NCBI GenBank assembly: GCA_973895155.1
Contig: OZ316896.1
Location: forward strand, 13,372,549-13,436,548
Origin: Marsupella aquatica
Taxonomy: Eukaryota > Plantae > Marchantiophyta
Direction: 5' to 3'
Length of the DNA stretch: 64,000 nt
Below, piece after piece: positions 25,011-35,599 of this stretch. The translations under genes were made by a program, and so were the position numbers. Each line of letters begins with the position of its first letter. The stretch's first letter is position 1. A model generated the notes under the pieces. That model was not told the DNA's origin, did no database searches, and saw only the letters and a list, made by a program, of their open reading frames with translations.

Positions 25011-26395
25011 ATAAAGACAGACACCCAATCAAGGCCATTGTCAAGATACCACTGTGTTCATACAGCACACATGATCAAGTCATATAGTAGGGTCTAGGGG
25101 TAGTCTTTTCATATGTCATTCACCAAGTCAATCTTGCACGGAAATCTGCACACTGTCAATGGCACATGGTGGAGCCAAAACAAGAGCAAGCATGATACAG
25201 TATTTTATTGGACAACTTAGGCCTGAAAAGGCATGACATTAGTGCAGGTTATAACCAGGACAGGAAAAAATGACTATAGGGAACATAAAAAGCGAGGAGA
25301 GTAAACAACTCCTAGATTCTCATGCATATAAAGATTAGAGAAACCAATGGTAGGATTCGACCCAGGTGAGGATACACAATGAATTAAGCTTAGAAGAATA
25401 TGATACTATTTATTGCTAAGGAATACAGGGTATGATAGGATTAGCTCAGCCGCTGCATCAACATCACACTCATCCACATTAGCATAGTTAGTCCTTAGTT
25501 AATAAAAAAAGTTATTTTACAGCAAGCATTCTGTTCATGATAAAACAGTATGTTAGACTAGCGATGTTTCATATTGGTATGTCATCCAAATAGAAGTGGA
25601 CCATCAACCATAGCTGAAATATAGCAGACATAAGAGCTATATTGCTACCCACATGGTCGTCATTCAACCCCCGTCCATGGGGCAAGACTAGTCAACAAAT
25701 GCGAGAACAAGTGTACTAGTTTATGCAACACATTTCTATTACCATTTGCCCAGGCGGTAACGGGGAGACTTGTCTCAGTTGGGGGCTAGCCTAAAAACAT
25801 TTGGAGCAATATATAAGTGGTATAAAGAAAGTTTAGAAGAAAATTACCTACTGTGCTTGTTCCATGTGAGTCACGGGAATGTTGTTGAAGCAGCCAGAGT
25901 CTTGTTCAAAACAAGTGTGTTAAACAACAACCACCAGATGTACAGGACAACATGCTAGGGAGCATGAGTGTGCATAAAGGACCAAGAACAGTAAACCTTG
26001 CATGTAGATGCTTTGCAGGGTCAGGACTAGAAACTACAAGATGGAAGAGAATGTTTGTGGAAGGAAGATCCAGAGTAGAAGATTTTGTTTTATAATGTTG
26101 AGGTGATGTGAGATGCCTCATAAGAAGCTGCCGTAGCCAGAAGTACTGTTTTAGGTTATTGTTTATGAAAGTGTATGGGAATGCTAATGACTGTCAGATC
26201 TAGGTTAAAGAAAAAGGGTGGTGGATGGAAGTATTTTTATATTAGGGTATACGTGGAGTCTGTGAATACTAACATAGACATTTGATGTATACATGGTCAA
26301 TCATTATACATGGTACTTTCCAGTGTGAATATTTTAACATTTTACTGGAAGTTTTCAGATGTCTAGAAAATAGTTGTTGCGGATATATCTCCTAT

Positions 26396-26397
<2 letters not shown>
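25009..26397 (+). mobile_element. (GA)n-bounded non-coding element, unit D
   Basis: Starts ...GACACCCAATCAAGGCC (related to the A/C left end) and ends CTCCTATCC before about (AG)18 (26398-26434). Cassette at 25565-25770. Confidence 0.65.
25565..25770 (+). ncRNA. Putative structured RNA cassette, copy D (family unknown)
   Basis: Stems TATTGG/CCAAATA, AATATAGC/GCTATATT, GACTAGT/ACTAGTT and TTACC/GGTAA; core GGTCGTCATTCAACCCCCGTCC. Confidence 0.5.
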
Positions 26398-26434
<37 letters not shown>

Positions 26435-26436
<2 letters not shown>

Positions 26437-28015
26437 CATGGACAGGCAACAAAGCACTGTCTACTCCTAAGTGCCATGACATCACACTCAAAGGATCAGC
26501 TACTCTGAAAGGATTAGTCAAAGGTTGATACCAAAAATGCAAGCAACTGAAGTTGAACTTTGGGGAAGGCAAGCTCCCATGCAAGCTGTCCATTGAGCAG
26601 ACCATTCAACTGTACCTATGCAATAATAGTTTGTCCAATCCGGGAAATGCAAACCTATGGAGATTCATGGCCAATCAAAGGGTCAAGAAACTCTTGGATC
26701 GAAGGACAGAGCAAGGTGGGTGGATTTTGAAGAGGTCATCAACCAAACCACCAGGGTTGGGAGTGCGGATTTCTCCCAGTTCTACAACAAATTGAAATAG
26801 ACCACAGACCTCATAGAGTGCAGCCTGCACGAGTGTGAGGGCTGGCAATGGGGGGGGAGAAAGAGAGGCTGGAACTTCCCCAACAAGGTCTGGGTCAACT
26901 TCAACAAAAGTGTGTTGATTGATGTCACTAAGCTTAATAGAAGGTGGGGACAAATCAGCCAACAACAAGAGTGGCAACAAAACTGGCAGAAACTGTGCGG
27001 CAGATGGATTTTTCCTAAGGTGCACTTTTTCATTTGGCATCTATTGAAATATAGTTTTTTCACAAATGGGAGGGCTAGCCATTGAGAAGAGGAATTCTCC
27101 AGGGGCAAATTACAATTTGAGCACACTGAACACTTTTTATTCAGCTGCAACACTGTCATTTCTAGATGGCAAGAGATTCACAGACTTGTTCGATACTCTA
27201 CGGCTCTGCAGTCACTCAAGGAAGACTTTATGAAGCACTAAATGATGCTATCCCCGTGAGCAAGAGGAAACCAGGTCCAATTTTCCTACTGATGGAACTA
27301 TGCTCTAGCATTTGGAAAGAGCAAAATGCGGCTTCTTACTCTCAATTCCTGGGGAGACTTCTGGGATGGGTGGTCTTGCGCCAACTTGACACACATCTCA
27401 AAGCCATGATGAGAATGTGTCATTCTGTGGAGACAAGCAAACAAATTAATAGGAAACTTAAGTCATTGACCAACTCCGTGTTGTCCTCAAACCCTGGGAG
27501 ACTACTGAAAGCCCTATTGCTACAAACACACTAGATGAAGATGACTGAAGCGACCAACACCAAGAAAGGAAGAACTTATATGGCCAAGGACAGGTTGACG
27601 AAGATGAAGACTGAGTGCACTAGGATGACGCATTGTACTAACATGCCATGGAGTGGTGGCTACCAACATCAAACTAGACCTAGCTGGGGGTTTTGGGACA
27701 TGGGCTGGGGCAATTGTACTAGTAGATCACACTTTTAAGATAGTCCCAACAGGCAGCAAAACATGAGGTGGAATAGGATTCAGGATAATGTGAAACAGAA
27801 TACGAGGCAGAATAGAAGGAAGATGAATTTAGATGTTTTCGGGGCCATTCTTCAATGATTGTTCTGGATTGTGCGGCATGATTAGTGTTTTGGTCCCGTG
27901 TGCCCTTTGGCCCCCTGGTCTAGTGCCCTCTGTGACCTTTGCTTGGGTGATTTTTGCCCCCTTGTGTGTTATTGAGGCTTTGCAGCCCCCTTTTTCAAAA
28001 CAAATAAAATAGCAA
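26435..28015 (+). mobile_element. Degenerate LINE, 3' part (post-RT region, zf-RVT-like segment, 3' UTR and A-rich tail)
   Basis: The reading frame resumes ...GPRKRE|SWTGNKAL...GKLPCKLSIEQ. Later EHTEHFLFSC..RW and IWKEQN resemble the L1 C-terminal region. A-rich end caaaacaaataaaatagcaaa at about 27995-28017. Confidence 0.7.
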
Positions 28016-28736
28016 ATGGGACATCTTTCACACATGGATATAGAAAGCCAACCCTGGTAATGTCTGGGTAGAACTGAGAGTACTAGTCTTGGGAAAGACT
28101 CTCAGTATGGGTTGAATCTAGAGCTAACCCTCTCAAACCTTTCCTTTGTACTTTCTTGAATCTTGTGAACCATACAATCCCATGGACCAGAACATCCTTT
28201 GCACTGTCACACGCTCACATTCTCCATGCATTTAAAGCTTTGACCTTAAAACTTTGACCTTTGTGATATGTAATGGAATTGACTGTCTTTGAGTTAGTTT
28301 GAGAGGCTAGAAAAGATTCTTCCAGCAAGTTTAATGCACCAACTTTCATTAAGAATGGAGACTGAGATAAGCTTTTCCAATCTTGACTGTGCATTGGGTT
28401 GCGGTGTAGTATCACCAAGCACCATTGGTGATTCTCATCACGTGGTATACTGAAGATAGTTCCTTCTATGACTTCAATTTGAATTTGAAAACTGTCTGCC
28501 TAAAACTCCTCCTCCCTGTCACTGTCTCAAACACCCGTTTTGACACAAAAACCTCACTCAAGCTTGGTGACTTCATTCTTGTTTTTGCTCGTGCTCTAGC
28601 TGTTCCATCACCTTAGTTTTGGCTATGGCAACCTTAGTTGGAGGAAGAGTTAAAGGATGTTTGTGCCAAAGGAGGCAGATCATTTGTGCAAGGGAGGTAT
28701 AATTATAGGCATTGTTTAGCAGAATGATGTCTATCT

Positions 28737-28817
28737 CTTTCTCTCTCAAATCTTATCATCTCATATGCATTGATTGATAGATTGTGCATGTGAGATGATA
28801 ATATTTGAGAGAGAAAG
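28737..28817 (+). other. Near-perfect ~34-bp hairpin (pre-miRNA-like or palindromic relic)
   Basis: CTTTCTCTCTCAAATCTTATCATCTCATATGCAT pairs with GTGCATGTGAGATGATAATATTTGAGAGAGAAAG, with one mismatch and two G-U pairs on the + strand. Confidence 0.55.
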
Positions 28818-29859
28818 CGGGAGAGAAAGAGCTAGATAAGAGCTGAAAACTTAGTGTCATTTTTAGGGTTTGGGCGGATCGGGTTTTAGGATGTCATCTC
28901 TCCGGGCATCTCTCTTCATTTGATGAGGTTTAGGGGTATCATCCCTAAGCCTTTTACCTTGCATTCATAGTATCAATGATCCTTGTAATGGCACCTAGCA
29001 GGATTCCTAGATTAAAGTTTTTGCAAAGTTACTTTTAAATATTGGACCTGGTATTAGACTTGGAAAACTGTGAAGAAAGGATCCTCTTCTGTCAATTTTG
29101 ATATTAATGTTTGCCATACAAGATGTGGTACCCACATCCTATTACATTAACATGGTTTATCATATATGCAAAGCAGTTGGACCTAAGGTTGCAGCCGCTT
29201 TATTGTGAAGCCCGTCCCCCCCGCTCCCAATAAAAAATTAAAAAACATGTCTGATCACATGTGCTATATCACTATAGCACCCTTTGTTTCCCTGGATCCC
29301 CAGGTAGTTGTCCCTGCAGACAAGAGAAAGGAAGGAATGATTGATCTTGGTCTAGAGCCGGGTCTAGAGCCCTCACTGTGCGCCACAATAGCTCATGAAC
29401 ATTCAAAATTTGACCAGTAATAATAATTATTCTGGATGATTATTCTTCATACTTAGTTACATATTTTAGTAGCACAGTTTTTGCTTTATTTGATTGTTTA
29501 CCAAATGAATGAGATTTTCTTGCTGAGTGCAATCCATTATTTGGGGTATTATTAAAAATCTTTTAGAAATACCAACCTAGAAAATTTGAGCTATTAAAGT
29601 GTGTCTTAGATCGGAGAGAGGGCGCGGTAGCGTGGTTGGATGGGAGTGTGGATTAGGATTAAGTAATTAATCCTGCCTTGCCACTAGAGGAGGCAGCTTT
29701 GGAACCCAAATGTCCGTAGACATTGACAAATGGCTTCTTAATGGGCCAGGTTGGTGGGTGGTTCATAGAGTTATGGATAAAACTGAGTTAGAGATAGTGA
29801 GCTAGCTCTCTTCCACTTGAGGACTGGAGTTTGGAACATCCCTGAGATGTACTAGAAGA

Positions 29860-30410
29860 AGAGACTGACAAATCACTATAGGGTATAATTATAGTAGCTC
29901 CTATAATTATGGATGAATTACAGAGAGGTGATGGCCTTGCTACCCCACTTGAGGAGGGGTGTTTGGAACTGAAACAGACCAGCTACCCCACTTAAGGAGG
30001 GGTGTTTGCATTAAACATTCCTAAGTAACAAAAGACACTGACAAGTCTCTATAGGGTAGGGCGCGCTGGGCAGCTCGTGCAATTGTGGATAAATTAAAGG
30101 GAGGTAAGCAATAGCCTTGCCAACCCACTTGAGGTGGGGTGTTTGGAACCAGAACAGACTAGCGACCCCACTTAAGGAGGGGTGTTTGGGTCTAAACATC
30201 CCAAAGTAAGTAATAAAAGACACTGACAAGTCACTATAGGGTAGCTCCTACAATTGTGGATAAATTATATTGAAGAGAGGTAATAGCTAGCCTTGCCACC
30301 CCACTTGAGGAGGGCCGTTTGAAACCACAACAGACTAGCTAGCTACCCCACTTAAGGAGGGGTGTTTGGGTAAAAAAATCCCTAAATACCACAAGACACT
30401 GATAGGTGAC
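29860..30410. repeat. About three tandem ~175-180-bp units, each with two ACCCCACTT(G/A)AGGAGGGGT hairpin motifs
   Basis: gccttgc.accccacttgaggaggggtgtttggaac...gctaccccacttaaggaggggtgtttg at about 29935, 30114 and 30290. Confidence 0.85.
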
Positions 30411-30748
30411 TAAGCTAGAAACATAGGTGGAGAAGTTGTGACACCAGGCAACAATGCCTGGACTTGAATAGCAACAAGGAGAGATTCTAAGTATTTAAGG
30501 AGCAGATTCTCAATCTAAACCAAGTTAGGAATTCCTCCTCTCCTACCTTAAGCTGTGCTTGTTCTTTCAATTGGCATTTTCTACTCTACTCTCTATGTCT
30601 CTGGATTTAGAGGGAAATTAAGTGTGCTGGAGAGAATAGTTGGCACATCACAAGGCACAACTCTTGTCTCTTTATTTGGAGGGAAATTAAGTGGGTTGGA
30701 GAGACTGGTGAGCACATCACACACTGTGTCTGATCAAGAAAGAGAAGG

Positions 30749-31206
30749 ATGGGGAGACTAGTTTTGCAAGATCTTGAAGGTGACATAGACCGTTGCAAGC
30801 ACTGCCACATCCACTTGGCCAAACGTGGTGAATTGATCACCACTTTCAGTGGGACTTCCAGTGCCAGGCATGGGTTGGGCTGCCTATTCAATGAAGTGGT
30901 GAATTGATCACCACTTTCAGTGGGACTTCCAGTGCCAGGCATGGGTTGGGCTGCCTATTCAATGAAGTGGTGAATGTTTATTTTGGTCAGCCAGAAGAAC
31001 GCTTCATCAACAATATACATTACTCTGGGCCTGACGTTATTTGCAACTCTTGTGACCGAGTTTTGGGTTGGAAATGTGAAGTGGTCCATGTCGAGGCTGA
31101 GAAGTACAAAGAGGGGAAGTTCATTATTCTAAAGAATCAGATCGAACGTTTAATTATACCAACACCCCAACCAACACAGGAGGTAGGCCAGAACTCCACT
31201 AACTGA
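30749..31206 (+). pseudogene. Intronless yippee-like (YPEL/Mis18 zinc-binding family) copy disrupted by a 71-bp tandem duplication
   Basis: ATG at 30749: MGRLVLQDLEGDIDRCKHCHIHLA...HGLGCLFNEVVN, then VYFGQPEER...DVICNSCDRVLGWKCE...EKYKEGKFII. Both CxxC pairs and KYKEGKF are present. The duplication 30825-30895/30896-30966 introduces a TGA after VVN. Confidence 0.85.
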
Positions 31207-31599
31207 AGGAGCTGGATTGACGAGAACTTCATGCCTGGATGATGGGAGGTACAATCGACGGTGAAGTGATGACAGGTGACCTGAAGGTGGGAGCGAACGA
31301 ATCGATCTTCAATCGAGCTTAGCATAACTGAAGGCTTTGAGATATGGGCTTGAAGGAATTCAAGCATCTTCAGAAGCTAGGCACATGAGACTTTCAATTG
31401 TAGATGGCACGCCGTACGTCTTTGTATGTAGCTGACATGCGTATTAGCACTATGGATGTGCTGATAGAAAACTGAAGTCATTTGAAGTTTCATGCTCTTA
31501 CGCATTGAAACACGCTAATAATTGTTGAAACTGGAGCCATTTGAAGTTTGATGCTCCTGCGCATTGACACACGTTAATAATTGTCTTTTGTTTCAATAC

Positions 31600-31860
31600 T
31601 TTACATTTCATGCTTCTTTTGTTTACTTGGGTGAAGCACCTCAGGGAGGCCTTCACATTTCATATATGCTTCTTCTGTTTACTGGGTAAAGCACGGGGGC
31701 CTTCACATTTCATGCTTCTTCTCTTTACTGCGTGATGCACCTCACTCAGGGAGGCCTTCACATTTCATGCTTCTTGTTTACTGGGTGAAGCACCTCAGGG
31801 AGGCCTTCACATTTCATGCTTCTTTTGTTTACTGGGTAAAGCACCTCAGGGAGGCTTTCT
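31600..31860. repeat. About 50-bp tandem repeat, about 5 copies
   Basis: acatttcatgcttcttttgtttactgggtgaagcacctcagggaggccttc repeated. Confidence 0.85.
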
Positions 31861-34800
31861 TGCAGTTTGAGCCTGTATTCTTAACGTGAGTCGCTGAAGC
31901 TGGGTTCGAAAACGTTAACTCGCCCTGAATTCGAGTGAAAATGATGGTCAAGTCACTCGGGATTGACCACTTTACAGAAAGCTCTAATGGCCCCCAACTT
32001 ATTGTAAAGCCACACTCAGTGAGAGGCCTTCCAGCTCCCAAGGCCGCGCCCTCGCTCAAGCCCGCTGTTTCGAAAATTGGGAACACGAAAACAGTCTTTT
32101 ATCCTGTCACGGTGTTGTCATGGTGTTCAGTCCCCAAGCTTGATTTCTTCTCTTCCTGACGTTCTCAAGCGGCAGCCGCATGAGTAAATTCCGGATACAA
32201 ACACCTGCAATCGTTCTCCGTGCACGGTAACACTCCGATCCCGGTTGTACCGCCGTCAAACACCAATTATAAAGGATTTGATCCTAGTGATTATTTCAAG
32301 GATTGGTCAGTTCAAGTTACGTGACGCCACGGGTTACAGAACCGTCTGTCAAGGCTCCCTGAACGCTCGCGCTTTGGGAATCGGCATTTAGCAAGGAGTA
32401 CATCAGGTTAACGATTACGTTCGAAAATTTGCTCTCAGATTACAAAGGAAACCATGTCTACTATCGTGATCTCATGTTCACCGTGCCCCAAACGAAGGGG
32501 AGAAGTTTTCCATGGTGAAACCCAAATCCTCGATACTGTTTTGGAAAGTAGACACAGTCTGAGAACACCCACGTCAGTTGCATGTGTAATGTCGCTCACC
32601 GGACAACACAAAGCAGTTCTGATTGAGAATCGTGGGATTGTATCGAGTTGTTCACGAGGAAAATCAACCCCGAGCATCTTTAACTGTAAAAAATGTGTTT
32701 GAATGTAAGCTTAGGAAATTAAAGTAGAAACCAAGGTTGAACGACGATTTTTGGAACAAACCCAAAACAGGACCCAAAAAGTTATTTGCTTTGCTTTGGT
32801 TTTTTTCCCTCAAATTGATGGATTAGTGTTTCCTTTAATTGAACAGAACTAATAGTCAATTAAAGCATTAGATTTCGTCCACTGCCCACGGTTGAGACTC
32901 TGAGCTTTGCAATTGTCTGGGTTGAAAGGATTATATTAAGCTAATATATCACCAGGTGCTTTACCACTCATCCTCAGGCTTAGGATTCATCTGAACGTGC
33001 ATTTCACCATAATTGGCACCAAACAGTAGAGTTTTGTTTATCCACTTAACAGGCTTACCAGTTCCTCGCTATATGTTTTGTGTGATCCAAACGTTATTAA
33101 CTAAACCCAATCATATCTACACCGATGCCGTGGCAGGTTTCAACTGCCTGGTGTCCACGTTGGCCGGAGCGGCAAAGTCTAACGAATTTACAGCTTGGGT
33201 GAGACATATCCTCTCACTGTTTGGGGAATGCATTTCAGAAAGGTGCTTTTGCCCAATCCTAGAATGACGGCCAAAAGTAACTGAAGATTGATATCCTTCC
33301 ATCTCCTCAATGGCGTTGTCGAATTAATGTCATTTCGACTACGGCCCTGACCAACTCCCAACCAAGTTCTCAAGCAACCCAGTCATTCATCTACTTCCTT
33401 GACCGGCGCTCTTGTCTCGTCTTTTCTGTCTCTTTCGTTTAGCAAGCTCAATAATCAACCGATTCATCCCTTCACCTAGCATTATTTAATAAACAATCAG
33501 ACGTTTCATCCGACCACCGGTAACTGTATCTTGACGTGCAATTTACCGCCATTAGAGGAAGAAGAGGGTACCCTTAGCCCCTGCTTGACTTGACCTGCCT
33601 TGCCTTGCCTTGTGAAGATCAGGAGTAGTGTGTGATCGAACTTGATAGACAGGATTATTCTGGATTGCGTGAGTGTACTTCCGTGTAACCACTGCGATAC
33701 TTCAGAAGTGAAGTTGGGAAACCAGGAGACTCAAAATAGTAGATCTCTTGATCCGGACTTATGGCGGAGTGAGGAAGATGTTCAGTATAATTGTACCTAC
33801 AGTAGAAGACCTGATAAACTGAAAGTGCAAGCAATCTCAGCAGCATTAGCAATGGACTAGCTACGTGGTTGATTGTACATCAGAGGATTTGAACAAGCAA
33901 TATATTGTACGTGGATGTCTCCTCCCAGTTGGGCTATCGGCTATAATAAGGGAGACCTCAGTTGCCTATTGTGTTGCATAAGCAAGTTTGGAGAGAGTAG
34001 GCATCGATCCAGTACTCACCCCGAATGTACATCTGCAACTTACAGTACCGTTCCACACGTCTGCGGAGAGCTAGAGACTCTAGGAGAGTGACAGTGATAT
34101 CCAAGTTAAGGTATGAATCTCGAGGTAGAATGTCAGGAGCAGTGGTTGGCAAGTTGGATATACGACGGACCAAATTGTGTTCAAAGTTTCAAGTAAGAAA
34201 GAATGGAAGGGCTGGAACTGCTTTTGTAATAACTTGGAGATTGGCGAGTTGTAATTAGTACGACTGCCGACTTTAGTAAAGCTGCAAATTATGTCAGAGG
34301 ATCGAGAGATCGAAAACGATTTGGTAGATAATTTGGTGACTAGCACGTTGCAATTACAATGTACTCTAAGTATTACTGACGACATTGCAAATCTGCAAAG
34401 AAGAGGATCGAGGGTTCGACAAACATGTCGTCATAATTTTATTACATGTATTTGGACTGCTGCTTCGTCCCCAAAACAAATATTGCTCATTGGCGAGCAG
34501 CGATTGAGTATTCTAGATAGCCGTCTCCGGCCCACCAGGCAGGGTAACTTGCACGGCTTCAGCTACACATGGACATTCGATTCACAACTCCACGACGTTT
34601 GATTCTTAGTCAAGGTAATTCATTTGAAAGGCAGCAAATGATGTTTAGAGCTCTGTGATCGATCAGAAGATGTTAGATGCTGCAGTATTCAGTTGACCAT
34701 AATCCTAATCTTCTCGACATACTGATGTGATTGCACCTAGCTGCTGAATTCAAATCTTTCAGTGTCTAGGTGTCAGTATTTCAGAATGTCTATCATGTGA

Positions 34801-35599
34801 AAACTTCTAAGCAATTTTACGTAATTAGAAATGGTAGATTCCTTTCTAGCTATGTATCCAGATCTTACGAATACTCTTCTAAATTTCTTCTTTACTTGTA
34901 CAGAAGTCCAGAGGCCAGACACAAGTCTCGAAATATATCATCTACTCATTGACGGTTTATCACCATCGTTGTATATACTCTTCAGTCTACAAATGCAGCA
35001 TTAATTCGTAAACTAAATAATGTATGTATTCACTATCAGCTCCAATAACCCGCCTCACTCCTTCGATGGGACCGAACGTTCCACATTTTTCCTGTAGTAT
35101 TGACTGTGTCTTGTGAATGTCTCCGGACCAGTTAACTCGTTTAGTGGCTTCTAAATCCTTGCAATCGTATATAGTATTAGCGTTAGACGACCTTCTGATT
35201 TGCGCAACCCGCAGAGAGAGTCCTAACATCAGGTTGGGACATTAGATGGCAACCAAATGAATCCTGACTTCCAATTATGTGCAAATTTATAGGTGAGTGC
35301 TGCTTTGGTTTCCTCAGATTCGAGAAGAAATAGACTCAGGATTAAATGAATAAATTTGAGGTACTCGGCAAGTAGACCACTTGTGAGTAGAATTGAATGC
35401 CTTTCCGGAAAGCCTTGAGCAGAAAAAGCACGAGACAAACTGTCTAGAGAAAAGGTCTGGATTTATAATCTTGTAAGAGGTGCCCTATGAGCTGAACACG
35501 GGGCCGAGAAGCTGATTTCTAGTCTAATTGTGACAAAAATTTGTTGACAGATTGAATCGTGTGATCAACTACCTGTAAATAGTCTAGTAGACTCGGAAA

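Noticed and set aside
26385-26400. Group II intron-like 3' end (CCTATCC) of unit D
   Set aside because: No domain V and no GUGYG 5' end were found in any unit.
28858-28950. Telomere-like TTTAGGG words
   Set aside because: Only two or three scattered imperfect copies, not an interstitial telomeric array.
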